DNA from: Corynebacterium sp. | GTDB lineage: Bacteria; Actinomycetota; Actinomycetes; Mycobacteriales; Mycobacteriaceae | Direction of reading: 5' to 3' | Length of the DNA: 64,000 nucleotides | Assembly (NCBI GenBank): GCA_030527885.1 | Contig: JAUMZY010000008.1 | Location: 620-64,619 of the forward strand | Shown here: positions 47,224 through 57,859 of the stretch, in pieces | Layout of the letters: each line of letters starts with the position of its first letter | Numbering within the stretch: the stretch's first letter is position 1 | The notes under the pieces: model-generated | The model's database searches: none | Told to the model about the DNA's origin: nothing | Seen by the model: the letters and a program-made list of their open reading frames with translations, nothing else | Position numbers and translations under genes: made by a program

Positions 47224-48189
47224 GTGAGATTAGGTGTATTGGATGTGGGCAGTAACACGGTCCACCTCGTTGCTGTGGATGCACGGCGAGGTGGACCGCC
47301 AACACCAATGAGTGATTGGAAAACTACCCTCAAACTTGTTGAGTATCTTGATGCTGACGGTGCCATCACTGATAAGGGCATCAAGAAACTCACCGATAAC
47401 GTGGCAGAGGCTGTGACCTTGGTAGATCAGCTCGGCTGCATGGAACTTATGCCATTTGCTACCTCTGCGGTGCGGTCAGCAACCAACGCAGAGGATGTGC
47501 TAGCGCACATACGGACGAAAACTGGCGTAGAATTGACCATTCTTTCGGGTGAAGACGAAGCCCGGATTACCTTTCTCGCTGTGCGTCGTTGGTACGGTTG
47601 GTCTGCTGGACGTATCATTAATCTTGATATTGGTGGCGGTTCTTTGGAAATGTCCACCGGAGTTAATGAAGAACCTGACTGTGCATTTTCTTTGGACCTT
47701 GGTGCCGGACGACTAACACATAGCTGGTTTGATACTGATCCGCCGGAGCGGAAGAAAATAAATCTTCTGCGGGACTACATTGATGCAGAGCTGGTTGAAC
47801 CAACCCGGGCAATGCATAATTATGGCCCCGCTCGGGTGGCCGTGGGAACCAGCAAAACTTTTCGTACGTTAGCACGATTAACTGGTGCTGCACCTTCGTC
47901 AGCGGGCATTCACGTCACTCGTGAGCTCACTGCACCAGGATTGCGGCAGCTCATTGCGTTTATATCGCGCATGACAGCAGTTGACCGTGCGGAACTAGAA
48001 GGAGTTTCTCCCAGTCGTTCGCATCAAATTGTTGCAGGCGCACTGGTTGCAGAAGCGGCGATACGGGCATTAAATATAGATAAGCTGGAGATTTGCCCTT
48101 GGGCGTTGCGCGAGGGAATTATTCTTCGGCGAATTGAACAGAGTATTGACTCTGTACGAAAAAATGGGAAGGCAAAAGACAATGAGTGA
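47224..48189 (+). CDS. ppx1: Ppx/GppA exopolyphosphatase
   Basis: [27 protein letters not shown] and PWALREG. Confidence 0.92.
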   Translation: MRLGVLDVGSNTVHLVAVDARRGGPPTPMSDWKTTLKLVEYLDADGAITDKGIKKLTDNVAEAVTLVDQLGCMELMPFATSAVRSATNAEDVLAHIRTKTGVELTILSGEDEARITFLAVRRWYGWSAGRIINLDIGGGSLEMSTGVNEEPDCAFSLDLGAGRLTHSWFDTDPPERKKINLLRDYIDAELVEPTRAMHNYGPARVAVGTSKTFRTLARLTGAAPSSAGIHVTRELTAPGLRQLIAFISRMTAVDRAELEGVSPSRSHQIVAGALVAEAAIRALNIDKLEICPWALREGIILRRIEQSIDSVRKNGKAKDNE

Positions 48190-49819
48190 TAAACAGCTTA
48201 CTGTCGCCGAATTGCTGGCTAAAGCTGGTCGAGAAGGCGACGGGGATACGCCGCGGCGGCGCCGTCGCCGAAGCGTGGAATCCGGCGGGGTTTCAGTTGC
48301 CGAATTAACCGGCCGCATCCCCAAAGTTGAGGCGAAACCAGCGGAGTCGCGGCACTCCAGCGATCCGTTGGATGCCGAGGAGACCTACACCGGCCCATTC
48401 AGCGCAGTTGCGAACTCCGGCTCGCTGTTTGGCGATTCCCCGTCCGGGTCGAGCCATGTCACTTCGCTTTTCGACGACCACAGCAACCGTGGTCCTGGCA
48501 CCCAGGATTTGGTGGATCAACCTGATCCATCGGAGCCGCCTGCCACATTGTCTTTCTTCACCAAGACGGATAATTCTGGCCCTGGCGGTTCAGCCCCCAG
48601 CTCCTTTGATGCGACCTCTGCAACGACAGCGCGGAAACCACCAGTCGCTTCAGCACCTACACCAGCGGCAGCACCAAGCGTGCCACCTACTGGTGGGGGT
48701 GGGTCGGCCGCTGCGGCCACATCGGCACCGGCTGCCGCTTCGTCAGCAGCAATGACACCACCAACCATGGCTAAGCCCACGGTGAAGCGAGCCATGAAAC
48801 CTGTGATGAAGCCAGTGATGAAACAATCACTGATGGATGAGCCCATCACACCACTAACCTCAGAAGTGGAATCAGAGCAGGACTTTGTGGATCTCGGCCC
48901 CAGCGATGATTCCACCATTGTGCTTTCTGTGGTCGATGAGGGCGGGCCAGTGCGGTTAACCACCGGCACGTTCCCGCGGCTCAAAGACCACCACTTCACC
49001 AAAGCATCCGTCGAGGATCTAGCGCAGCCACCAGAACTGCCCATGCAGAAGAAAGTCGCTGAGCCCACCCGCGCTGAACAAGCACTAACACAGTCCTTCC
49101 AAAAAGTTGCGGAAGAACAAGCAGCAGCCCAGGAAGAGCAAGATCTTCTGGAAGCCCCAGTACAAGAGGACGAACTGGAGCGCACAGCCATCGCAGGCTT
49201 CCCGGTGATCAGCGAGGAAGCCGCCGCTGCCGCGGCTGAGGAAGTCGATGAATATGACGACTACGAGTTCGAGGAAGACGATGATGAACTCATCGCCGAT
49301 GATCTAGTAGACGATCTAGACGAAGACGAATTAGAAGACGCCTTAGTTCTAGAAGAAGATCTAGACGAGGAAGAGGAAGAAACAGACTTCCAAGAACCTT
49401 CATATCAGGCAGCCAGTCGGTTCCGCCGCCAGCAGCCACAACCAGCGGCAGAACTAGATGACGACGACGATGATGAGGACAACGATCCCTTCATTGATGA
49501 GTTTGACGAATTCGACGAAGAGTTCGACGACGAATACGACGAGGATTCCGCCAAAGAAAAAATGTCAGTCCTAGCCATTTTGGGCATGGCTGCTTTTGGC
49601 ATCCTACTAGGTGTTGGCATCTTTGCTGGTTTCCAACTGCTGTGGGACAAGCTCGAAAATAAACTCATTGTCGGTGGGCTTGCCATCCTCGTCATTGCCG
49701 TAATTGTGAGCGTGGTGCATGTGCTGCGTACATCCCGCGCCGGGTTCTCAATGACATTGGCTGGCTTGGTTGGTGCCACGATGACATTTGGCCCCTTGGC
49801 GATAGTTGGGATGCAGTAA
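48182..49819 (+). CDS. Rv0497-like membrane protein with long Pro/Ala- and Asp/Glu-rich disordered region
   Basis: LTVAELLA...RRRRR....GG.SVAELTG.IP N-terminus and three C-terminal TM helices; overlaps the ppx stop. Confidence 0.75.
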   Translation: MSDKQLTVAELLAKAGREGDGDTPRRRRRRSVESGGVSVAELTGRIPKVEAKPAESRHSSDPLDAEETYTGPFSAVANSGSLFGDSPSGSSHVTSLFDDHSNRGPGTQDLVDQPDPSEPPATLSFFTKTDNSGPGGSAPSSFDATSATTARKPPVASAPTPAAAPSVPPTGGGGSAAAATSAPAAASSAAMTPPTMAKPTVKRAMKPVMKPVMKQSLMDEPITPLTSEVESEQDFVDLGPSDDSTIVLSVVDEGGPVRLTTGTFPRLKDHHFTKASVEDLAQPPELPMQKKVAEPTRAEQALTQSFQKVAEEQAAAQEEQDLLEAPVQEDELERTAIAGFPVISEEAAAAAAEEVDEYDDYEFEEDDDELIADDLVDDLDEDELEDALVLEEDLDEEEEETDFQEPSYQAASRFRRQQPQPAAELDDDDDDEDNDPFIDEFDEFDEEFDDEYDEDSAKEKMSVLAILGMAAFGILLGVGIFAGFQLLWDKLENKLIVGGLAILVIAVIVSVVHVLRTSRAGFSMTLAGLVGATMTFGPLAIVGMQ

Positions 49820-49839
49820 ACCTTCCTGAATCCTTAACT

Positions 49840-49897
49840 AAACACCGCGTGCTTGCTTCGCCCGCCTTCCCTATAGAAGCAAGCAACGCGGTGTTTT
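49840..49897 (+). terminator. Long-stem terminator after the ppx operon
   Basis: AAACACCGCGTGCTTGCTTC...GAAGCAAGCAACGCGGTGTTTT. Confidence 0.75.
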
Positions 49898-49996
49898 AGG
49901 GCGATAAGGGGCTATAAAAGGCCGGTTGGTTGATTTTATCTAGTAATTTTTCCCGTAATGCTGCATACCTGGTGAGTTTTTGGCATCGTAGAGTTC

Positions 49997-50806
49997 ATGA
50001 GTTCCATAGCAGTGATTGGTGGCGGGCAAATTGGTGAAGCACTTATTGTTGGCCTCATTAACGGGGGCATTAGCCCCAAAGACATCCATGTGACCAACCG
50101 CGAACCAGAACGCAATCAATACCTTCGGGAAAAATATGGGGTTATTACCTTCGAGGACAACCCCGTGGCAGTCGACGGCGTTGATGTGGTCTTCTTGTGC
50201 GTAAAACCCAAAGTCATTGGTCCCGTGGTCGAAAAAATAGCTGACACGATCGACAACAACGATGCAACCACCGTGGTATCCATGGCAGCCGGTATCACCA
50301 TCGCAGCTATAGAAGAGGGGCTAGCGGCCGGCGCCCCCGTTATTCGTGTGATGCCTAACACTCCCATGTTGGTGGGGGCTGGCATGTGTGCCATTGCCCC
50401 CGGCCGATTTGTCGAGGAAGAACAGCTAACCAAGGTGAAAGATCTACTCAGCACTGTTGGTGCGGTGCGGGTGGTGGATGAACGCGATATGGACGCCGTG
50501 ACTGCCATGTCAGGTTCCGCACCAGCGTATTTGTTTTTGCTGGTAGAGGCGATGATTGATGCGGGGGTGAACCTGGGGCTCACCAGAGATGCCTCCCGGG
50601 AATTAAGCACCACAGCGTTCTATGGGGCAACAAAAATGCTCCTGGAGACGGGGAAGGAACCTTCTGAGCTTCGCGCTAATGTGTCGTCACCTGGTGGTTC
50701 CACCATCGCTGCTATTCGGGAATTTGAAGAGGCGGGACTGCGGTCAGCGGTGTACCATGCTGCTGAAGCGTGTGCGCGGCGATCGAAAGAACTTGGGTCG
50801 GCGTAG
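49997..50806 (+). CDS. proC: Pyrroline-5-carboxylate reductase
   Basis: IGGGQIG, VKP, RVMPNTP, SGSAPAY and SSPGGST. Confidence 0.95.
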   Translation: MSSIAVIGGGQIGEALIVGLINGGISPKDIHVTNREPERNQYLREKYGVITFEDNPVAVDGVDVVFLCVKPKVIGPVVEKIADTIDNNDATTVVSMAAGITIAAIEEGLAAGAPVIRVMPNTPMLVGAGMCAIAPGRFVEEEQLTKVKDLLSTVGAVRVVDERDMDAVTAMSGSAPAYLFLLVEAMIDAGVNLGLTRDASRELSTTAFYGATKMLLETGKEPSELRANVSSPGGSTIAAIREFEEAGLRSAVYHAAEACARRSKELGSA

Positions 50807-50914
50807 TTCATGTGACGCCTATTCGGTGCGGATTTAATGCGGTTTGATAGAGAGCCTCACATGACTCTTTTTCGTGACCGCTATAAAACCATAATGTATC
50901 TAAAAACAATAATA

Positions 50915-50930
50915 TGAGACATATGTCACT
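50915..50930. promoter_or_regulatory. GlxR-like site upstream of the small HTH gene
   Basis: TGAGA-CATATG-TCACT (8 of 10). A weaker GGTCG-N6-TCACA lies at 51026-51041. Confidence 0.4.
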
Positions 50931-51131
50931 CATTTTTATCTTGTTGCGGAAACCCCAGCAACTAGCGTTTTCTTTGGAGCCATGAAGTAGGATTTTTATT
51001 TCTTTGGCATATTTTCGACACAATAGGTCGCACCAGTCACATGTTTCACGCTAAGCTTCTATTAGCACGTGCGTGTTTGTTCTGCGGGAGGGGAAGCCTG
51101 CAGCGCGCCACTTGCTGAAGGGTTAGATATT

Positions 51132-51323
51132 ATGGCTAGAGAAGATAACGGAACCTTCTTGACAGTCGCTGAGGTCGCGGAGATTATGCGCGTTTCTAAG
51201 ATGACTGTGTACCGTTTGGTTCACTCCGGTGAGCTACCAGCGGTTCGAGTAGGGCGAAGTTTCCGCGTCCATGAGACGGCAGTAAACAAGTATCTTGATG
51301 CTTCGTATTACGAGGTAGGTTAA
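51132..51323 (+). CDS. Excisionase/BldC-like HTH protein (Rv0500A-like)
   Basis: FLTVAEVA.IMRVSKMTVYRLVH.GELPAVRVGRSFRV; GAAGGG RBS. Confidence 0.9.
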   Translation: MAREDNGTFLTVAEVAEIMRVSKMTVYRLVHSGELPAVRVGRSFRVHETAVNKYLDASYYEVG

Positions 51324-51352
51324 AGATGCGTGGTTAATGCCTCATCAACCAT

Positions 51353-51409
51353 AAAGCGGCGTTCCATAACTCATTTCGCATTTGGGAAATGAGTTAGGAG
51401 CGTCGCTTT
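51353..51409 (+). terminator. Long hairpin after the HTH gene
   Basis: AAAGCGGCGTTCCATAACTCATTTC...GAAATGAGTTAGGAGCGTCGCTTT. Confidence 0.7.
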
Positions 51410-51451
51410 GGTTTTTGTTGGATGCCTGCTCAATCGGTAAGATAAGGCCCA

Positions 51452-51604
51452 TTCGTGTCAGCACCACGCCTAGATACGGTCTTGTTTGCCATTGTGATAC
51501 CTTTTAGTCCCAGGTGTTAGTCCCCAGTGGCAAACGACTTCGCAGGCGAAAGTGCACTTCGGCTGCGTCGTGGTGTTTTGGTCCGTGCCGGCGGCTGACA
51601 AGAA
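51452..51604 (+). ncRNA. Candidate structured 5' leader of the bS22 gene
   Basis: Nested stems TGTCAGC/GCTGACA, CACCACG/CGTGGTG, TTTGCCATTG/CAGTGGCAAA and TTCGC/GCGAA, plus a cUUCGg hairpin. Starts about 8 nt after a TAAGAT -10. Confidence 0.5.
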
Positions 51605-51640
51605 AGTACGTACATCTAGAAAGTAAAGCGAGGAAACCTC

Positions 51641-51742
51641 ATGGGGTCTGTGATCAAAAAGCGTCGTAAGCGTATGTCTAAGAAGAAGCACCGTAAGTTG
51701 CTACGGCGTACCCGGGTTCAACGTCGTAAGCTCGGCAAATAA
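51641..51742 (+). CDS. 30S ribosomal protein bS22 (AURKAIP1/COX24 family, Rv0500B-like)
   Basis: [33 protein letters not shown], 33 aa, with GAGGA RBS. Below the ORF-track cutoff. Confidence 0.95.
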
Positions 51743-51749
51743 TGACCGC

Positions 51750-51773
51750 ACCGCCCTTTGCTGGGCGGTTTTT
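51750..51773 (+). terminator. bS22 terminator
   Basis: ACCGCCC-TTTGCT-GGGCGGTTTTT. Confidence 0.75.
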
Positions 51774-51825
51774 GGTTTTCTGGCTTGTGCTTATCCTGGT
51801 GGGTGGCGTCGACAAGCAATACCGA

Positions 51826-52890
51826 TTATTTCGGCAGGATGCTGTTGCGCTGCCTCCGCTTCACCGCCCGCCAGCTAAATAATGCCGTTATCAATGTGGG
51901 AAGGCCGAACGTTCGGATGGCCTTTCTGAAGCTGCGGAAATCAGCAATTTTCCAGCCGTGTTTGAGTGCCTCTTTGCGCAATTTGCGATCTGGATTAATC
52001 GCAACAGCCATGCCCGTCATCGACAGCATGGGTATATCGTTGATGGAATCCGAATACGCGGTGCATCGTTCCAGATCGAGTCGCTCTAACGCCGCCAAAG
52101 CCGCAACCGCATGACGCTTACCCGGGCCGTGCAAAATATCGCCCACCAAGCGGCCGGTAAACACCCCATCTTTGACCTCTGCGACGGTTCCCAGGGCGCC
52201 TGTGAACCCGAGCCGCTTCGCCAAAATCTGCGCGAGCTGCACGGGGGTAGCGGACACCAACCACACTTGATGCCCCTTGGCTATATGAGTGTCAGCCAGT
52301 TGCTTCGTGCCTGGCCACAATTTTTCACTCATGTTTTTATCAACGATCTCTTCACACAGCGTGACTAAATCAGCTTCGCTGCGGCCCTTGATGAACTCCA
52401 ACGCTTGCTGTCGGCCTTCTGCAACATCTTCGGCGTTTTCTGCACCAGTGATGCGGAATTTCAACTGCTTCCACGCTACCGGTAGGATTTCCGATAACTT
52501 TAGGTAGCGTTTTTGAGCCAACCCAATGGCAAACACAATCAACGATGACCCCTGAATCAGGGTGTTATCAACATCAAAAAACGCCGCAGCACCCAAATCC
52601 TGAGGGACAGACGGATCCGGGGGCGTGAGACGGGAAACCCCAGCAGCCGTAAACGAACCCGAAACTGAATCAAGACCCGAAGTGAACTCCTCAAGATCTA
52701 GATCAAACAGTTCCGCTACAGCTTTTGCCGCGGCTGCTTCACCAGCTTGCTGCTGCGTGGAATCATCAATCGGGGGTAGCGCAACATCTTCGAAAAACCG
52801 CCGCAAATTGCCGCGGGAACTTGACCAAGCAGCAAGAAAATCCTCAGGTTGTTGGTGCCAATGTGGATCAAACGAAGACACGACCTGCAC
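51826..52890 (-). CDS. HAD-IB family hydrolase (SerB1/Rv0505c-like)
   Basis: AAFFDVDNTL, LVSAT and AYSDSINDIPML. Confidence 0.88.
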   Translation of the reverse strand: MQVVSSFDPHWHQQPEDFLAAWSSSRGNLRRFFEDVALPPIDDSTQQQAGEAAAAKAVAELFDLDLEEFTSGLDSVSGSFTAAGVSRLTPPDPSVPQDLGAAAFFDVDNTLIQGSSLIVFAIGLAQKRYLKLSEILPVAWKQLKFRITGAENAEDVAEGRQQALEFIKGRSEADLVTLCEEIVDKNMSEKLWPGTKQLADTHIAKGHQVWLVSATPVQLAQILAKRLGFTGALGTVAEVKDGVFTGRLVGDILHGPGKRHAVAALAALERLDLERCTAYSDSINDIPMLSMTGMAVAINPDRKLRKEALKHGWKIADFRSFRKAIRTFGLPTLITALFSWRAVKRRQRNSILPK

Positions 52891-53035
52891 CCAACCTTTC
52901 CAAACTCACTATCAAATCCTATCTAATGGTAGTCTTCCCCTGCATATAGTGGGGCAAGGGCTAGAAATACTTACTGTAGTTCATCCACCAGTTGGTATGA
53001 TAAAGCACTTAACCAGCAGAAAAGAGAGCAGAAAT

Positions 53036-53272
53036 ATGGCACATACAGTTGAGCTGATGGTACGAGAATCATGCGGCTCCTGTAAACGCATAGCAGCCCA
53101 AATAACCCCCATTGTGGCCGCCGCCGGCATCCAACTTATACAGCGCGACGTGGACTTAGATGCAGACTTACGTGCCGAATACGGTGACCGGGTGCCCGTG
53201 GTGGTGGTCGACGGCGAAGAATTTGCATGTTGGGAAGTAGATAACAGCGAGTTAGCCCATGCTTTGTTGTGA
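53036..53272 (+). CDS. Glutaredoxin-like protein (DUF836)
   Basis: CGSC and EYGDRVPV; usual position before hemA. Confidence 0.85.
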   Translation: MAHTVELMVRESCGSCKRIAAQITPIVAAAGIQLIQRDVDLDADLRAEYGDRVPVVVVDGEEFACWEVDNSELAHALL

Positions 53273-53320
53273 ACTTACCAACCCCCTACTACGGTGATAT
53301 AAACCAGAGTAACGTCTGGC

Positions 53321-53340
53321 ACTCAACCTAAAGTTTGAGT
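53321..53340. promoter_or_regulatory. Palindrome upstream of hemA, HrrA-like operator candidate
   Basis: ACTCAACC-TAAA-GTTTGAGT; the core resembles CAACC-N4-GGTTG. Confidence 0.5.
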
Positions 53341-53432
53341 TGGACTGTTACAGTTGTGTGAACGTCATAGTACAAGTGGCAACCTTTGTTAATGCCGAAC
53401 CTAATCGGCGAGAGGAAAACGGTGATGCAAGC

Positions 53433-54833
53433 GTGAGTGTGCTGGTAGTGGGGATGTCCCACCGCTCCGCGCCAGTGGCGTTGCTGGAGAAATTAAGCAT
53501 GGATGAATCCGTGCGATACCGAACCGCCGTAGCTTTAATACATCGACCCGCATTAACCGAGTCGATGATCATCTCCACCTGTAACCGATTAGAGGTTTAT
53601 TGCACAACAACTAATTTCCACCACGGGGTTTCCGATGTCGTCGACGTGCTCCACGAAATGAGCGGCGTCCCCATCGAAACCCTACGCAGCTGCCTATACG
53701 TGCGCTACGCCGACGCCGCCGCTGAACATCTAATGCTGGTGACGGCAGGCATGGACTCCATGGTGGTGGGGGAGCAGCAAATCATCGGGCAGGTCCGGGC
53801 CGCCTACCATTACGCTTCCGAAGCCGGAACCGTAGGGCCCAAACTACATGGCTTGGTGCAGGCAGCACTGCACACCGGCAAACGGGTACACAGCGAAACT
53901 GACATTGATGACGCCGGAGTCTCCATGGTCACCTTCGCTTTCGACGAAGCGATCTCCCAATTGGGGGTAACCAATGAGCTATACCCCCTCGCTGGCCGCA
54001 AAGCGCTGGTCATCGGTGCCGGCGCCATGGCTTCCCTCGCAGCCACCCACCTGGGCAAACAAGGAATTGATGAACTCATCATGACAAACCGCACGCGGGA
54101 ACGTGCAGAACGGCTAGCGCAACACGCACGCGAAGCCGGCGTGCGCGCTCAGGTCGTAGATTTTGACAACCGAACCCAAGCATTAACGCAGGTAGATATA
54201 GTGGTATCAGCTACAGGATCCCAAAATTTCACCATTGCCCGAGACGACATCCCCAACAATCATCCCCTCATGTTGGTTGATCTCTCACTACCCCGCGATA
54301 TCGACGATGATGTGACAATAGACACATATGCGCGGTTGGTGAACATCGAAAAACTACGCTCCATACGCCAAGACGAAACCGAAAGCGACAGCGCTGCACT
54401 ACAAATCGTCGCCGAAGAACTCCAGGCATACAGCTCCAAGCAGCGCATCAAAGACGTCACCCCCGCTGTCACTGTTTTACGACGCCACGCCGCCGACCTC
54501 GTCCAATCCGAACTGCTGCGCCTGCAATCCCGCACGCCCGACATGGATGACCAAGAATTCGAAGAAGTCAGCCGCACCGTACGCCGAGTCGTCGACAAGC
54601 TCCTGCACCAACCCACAGTTCGGATTAAAGAACTCGCAGCCAACTCCGGCGTAGTAAGCTACGAAACCGCACTACAAGAACTATTCGGCCTGGAAGACAT
54701 CCAACCCAAAGCGGACATTGAAGCACTTCCAGAAACCACAGAACTAGCCACCGGTGGCCCCAACGCCGAGTGCACCAATGTCAGCACACTAAAGAAACAA
54801 CGCAAGTCATTGCGCCAAACCCAAGGAGTGTAA
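53433..54833 (+). CDS. hemA: Glutamyl-tRNA reductase
   Basis: VG.SHRSAPV, STCNRLE, DSMVVGEQQIIGQ and DLSLPRDI; GTG start. Confidence 0.95.
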   Translation: MSVLVVGMSHRSAPVALLEKLSMDESVRYRTAVALIHRPALTESMIISTCNRLEVYCTTTNFHHGVSDVVDVLHEMSGVPIETLRSCLYVRYADAAAEHLMLVTAGMDSMVVGEQQIIGQVRAAYHYASEAGTVGPKLHGLVQAALHTGKRVHSETDIDDAGVSMVTFAFDEAISQLGVTNELYPLAGRKALVIGAGAMASLAATHLGKQGIDELIMTNRTRERAERLAQHAREAGVRAQVVDFDNRTQALTQVDIVVSATGSQNFTIARDDIPNNHPLMLVDLSLPRDIDDDVTIDTYARLVNIEKLRSIRQDETESDSAALQIVAEELQAYSSKQRIKDVTPAVTVLRRHAADLVQSELLRLQSRTPDMDDQEFEEVSRTVRRVVDKLLHQPTVRIKELAANSGVVSYETALQELFGLEDIQPKADIEALPETTELATGGPNAECTNVSTLKKQRKSLRQTQGV

Positions 54834-55727
54834 ATGCTCACCATCGGTACCCGTGGTAGTTTGCTTGCCACCACCCAAGCAGGCCATGTCCGTGACGCAC
54901 TCACCAACAACGGGTACCCCAGCGAACTACACATAGTCACCACAACCGGCGACATCAACCTCGCCCCAGTAGAACGCATCGGCGTGGGAGTCTTCACCCA
55001 AGCACTACGCGACGCACTGGCAGCAGGCGAATGCGACATCGCAGTTCACTCCTTCAAAGACCTCCCCACCGCACCAGACGACCGCTTCCACCTCATTGTG
55101 CCGAACCGTGCCGACGCCCGCGACTGCCTGATCGCCCGCGATAACCTCACCCTCGCCGACCTGCCCGCCGGCGCAGTCATCGGCACAGGTGCGCCACGCC
55201 GCATCGCACAACTGAAAGCACTACGCCCAGACATTCACACCGCCCCCCTACGCGGCAACATCGACACCCGTATGGCAAAAGTACGCGACGGAGAACTAGA
55301 CGCCGTGGTCCTAGCCTATGCCGGCCTGTCGCGCGTCAATCGGTCAGCTGAAGCCACCGACGTCTTCAACCCACAAGATTTCCTACCTGCCCCAGCACAA
55401 GGCGCCCTCGCCATTGAATGCCGAGCAGACGACATCGACACCATCAAAGCCATAACCACCATCGCGGACCCCACAGCCCAAGCCTGCGCACACGCAGAAC
55501 GAGTGGTATTAAACCGGCTGGAAGCAGGATGCACCGCACCAGTAGCCGCCTACGCCACCGTCACGGATGGCCTCATGACTCTCCAAGGTGCGGTCATCGC
55601 CCTAGACGGCAGCGTGACTCTACGCGCCCAGGAAACCGGCCCCATGGCTGCCGCTGAACAATTAGGTGCCACCGTTGCAGCGACATTATTCAACGATGGA
55701 GCCCCTACACTGCTGGCATCATCATGA
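54834..55727 (+). CDS. hemC: Hydroxymethylbilane synthase
   Basis: [32 protein letters not shown] and LEAGCTAP. Confidence 0.96.
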   Translation: MLTIGTRGSLLATTQAGHVRDALTNNGYPSELHIVTTTGDINLAPVERIGVGVFTQALRDALAAGECDIAVHSFKDLPTAPDDRFHLIVPNRADARDCLIARDNLTLADLPAGAVIGTGAPRRIAQLKALRPDIHTAPLRGNIDTRMAKVRDGELDAVVLAYAGLSRVNRSAEATDVFNPQDFLPAPAQGALAIECRADDIDTIKAITTIADPTAQACAHAERVVLNRLEAGCTAPVAAYATVTDGLMTLQGAVIALDGSVTLRAQETGPMAAAEQLGATVAATLFNDGAPTLLASS

Positions 55728-56515
55728 TTCAGCACAACCAACCACTGACCGGGTGGAAAGTCGCGGTGCTCCGCAGCCCAGAACAATCACAATCCCTAAC
55801 CACCCGACTCACAAAACATGGGGCGGAAGTCATAGGCATCCCCACCATTCAAACAGTCTTGCCAGAAGACCCAACCCCACTGCACCACGCCATTGCCCAA
55901 TTAAGCGCCGGGACATTCCACTGGGTTGTGTTTACCAGCACCAACGCGGTGAGATTCGTGGCTCAACAGCTCACCTCGCCACTTCCCCCACACACCAATG
56001 TGGCAACCGTTGGGCGTGCCACCGCCAAAGTAACACACCAATACCACCTCGAATCACACCTGCAACCACCCATTGAACAGCAAAATGCCCTGGGCTTGAT
56101 TGACACATTTCCACTAGCTGATACTCAACCCCAAGACCAGCACACCATCCTGATCCCACATGCCGACATCGCCAAACCCACCTTGGCGGAAGGACTACGC
56201 GCCAAAGGCTGGGATGTCACTGAGGTGATAAGCTACCGCACGATTCCCGCCGACCCACCCCCACCAGATGTGCGCCAGGCGGTGACTACGGGCGCCATCA
56301 CCGCCATCTGCATCACCTCGGGTTCCACCATCCGAAACCTCATAGCAATTGCCGGCCGGCCGCATCCTGACACCCTGTTAGCATGCATCGGTCCAGCCGC
56401 AGCTGAAGCAACGAAAAAACTAGGATTAGAAGTAACAGTAATCCCACCAGTGGCAGAGGCTGAATCCCTGGCTGATGCGCTTGCTGCTTACGCCCAACAA
56501 GCAAAACCTGGCTGA
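55724..56515 (+). CDS. hemD: Uroporphyrinogen-III synthase (stand-alone)
   Basis: [18 protein letters not shown] and CIGP; ATGA overlap with hemC. Confidence 0.88.
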   Translation: MIQHNQPLTGWKVAVLRSPEQSQSLTTRLTKHGAEVIGIPTIQTVLPEDPTPLHHAIAQLSAGTFHWVVFTSTNAVRFVAQQLTSPLPPHTNVATVGRATAKVTHQYHLESHLQPPIEQQNALGLIDTFPLADTQPQDQHTILIPHADIAKPTLAEGLRAKGWDVTEVISYRTIPADPPPPDVRQAVTTGAITAICITSGSTIRNLIAIAGRPHPDTLLACIGPAAAEATKKLGLEVTVIPPVAEAESLADALAAYAQQAKPG

Positions 56516-56741
56516 CACAGCAAAGGTGGATTACACCAAACTAGGGTAGAACGCACTGTGACGCACATGCTTAGGGCACACTCGACTGGGATGTATCAAG
56601 CAGGACGTATGCCCAGTGCGGTGCATCCAGCGCGGTACACTCAGTGGAGCGTGCTCGGTGGGGTGCGTCGCATGTGCCACGCCCAACCAGAATAAACTTT
56701 TCAACATCTTAACCAGGTCAATCTGCACAGGAGAACAAAAC

Positions 56742-57755
56742 ATGACTGATAGCCACGGCAATGGTGGTTTTCCGCTCCGCCGCCCACGGCGACTTCGCAC
56801 CACCGCGGCGATGCGGGAATTAGTCGCAGAAACCACCGTTGACCCAGCAGATCTGATCTACCCCTTATTCGTGGCCGATGGTTTGACGCAGCGGCGAGAA
56901 ATTTCCTCAATGCCAGGCCAATACCAACACACAATGACCACCCTCAAAACCATTGTGGCAGAAGCCATCGACGCAGGTATCCGCTGTATAGACCTGTTTG
57001 GGGTACCAACAGATGTCGATAAAGACAACTGTGGTTCACCCGCCTGGCAAGAAACCGGAATCCTGAATGTCGCAATCGCGGAATTACGAAAAGAATTCGG
57101 CGATGACATTCTGATCATGGCAGACACCTGTTTGGATGAATTCACTGATCACGGCCATTGCGGCGTGCTGGCCGAAGACCGTTACGGCCATATGTACGTT
57201 GATAACCACAAAACATTAGAGCTGTATCAAAAAATGGCTGTGGCACAAGCAGCAGCCGGGGCGCACATGGTCAGCCCATCCGGCATGATGGATGGCCAAA
57301 TTGCTCATATTCGCCAAGCATTAGACGCCGCAGGCTACCAAGATGTTGCTATTATGGCGTATTCGGCTAAATATGCTTCGGCATTTTATGGGCCGTTTCG
57401 TGAGGCGGTTGGTTCATCCCTGGATGGGGACCGTCGTACTTATCAACAAAACCCAGCTAATTTTAAAGAATCACTTTTAGAAGTAAGTCTTGACATCGCA
57501 GAGGGGGCAGATTTTGTTATGGTTAAACCAGCAATGCCTTATCTTGATGTTCTGGCCACAGTGGCACAACGGTCGCTAGTACCAGTCGCTGCATATCAAG
57601 TGTCCGGTGAGTATGCTATGTTGCACGCTGCTGCTCGTAATGGGTGGCTAGATCTTGATACTGTGATGTTGGAATCATTAACCTCAATTAAACGAGCGGG
57701 GGCAAATCAAATACTTACTTATTTTGCTCTTAGTGCGGCACATATGTTGCGCTAG
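56742..57755 (+). CDS. hemB: Porphobilinogen synthase
   Basis: RPRRLR, DTCLDEFTDHGHCG, YSAKYAS.FYGPFR and MVKP; AGGAG RBS. Confidence 0.96.
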   Translation: MTDSHGNGGFPLRRPRRLRTTAAMRELVAETTVDPADLIYPLFVADGLTQRREISSMPGQYQHTMTTLKTIVAEAIDAGIRCIDLFGVPTDVDKDNCGSPAWQETGILNVAIAELRKEFGDDILIMADTCLDEFTDHGHCGVLAEDRYGHMYVDNHKTLELYQKMAVAQAAAGAHMVSPSGMMDGQIAHIRQALDAAGYQDVAIMAYSAKYASAFYGPFREAVGSSLDGDRRTYQQNPANFKESLLEVSLDIAEGADFVMVKPAMPYLDVLATVAQRSLVPVAAYQVSGEYAMLHAAARNGWLDLDTVMLESLTSIKRAGANQILTYFALSAAHMLR

Positions 57756-57859
57756 TAATACCCCCCTTGGTTTGTTACTTGGTTTGTCACCAATATCCAA
57801 AACAAGCCATGATGGAATTGCCCATATAAATTGACGTGCAGAAAGGAAGAATAAACTTG

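Noticed and set aside
49230-49550. GAC/GAA-rich repetitive DNA
   Set aside because: It is explained by the Asp/Glu low-complexity tract of the Rv0497-like protein.
51042-51057. parS-like TGTTTCACG
   Set aside because: Only the left half matches; the right half is CTAAGCT rather than TGAAACA.
51132-51323. Excisionase-like HTH as evidence of a prophage
   Set aside because: It is a core Rv0500A-type gene in conserved proC-bS22 synteny, with no integrase or phage genes nearby.
52625-53035. Long N-terminal extension of the glutaredoxin ORF
   Set aside because: It is antisense to the HAD gene; the recognisable domain starts at 53036.
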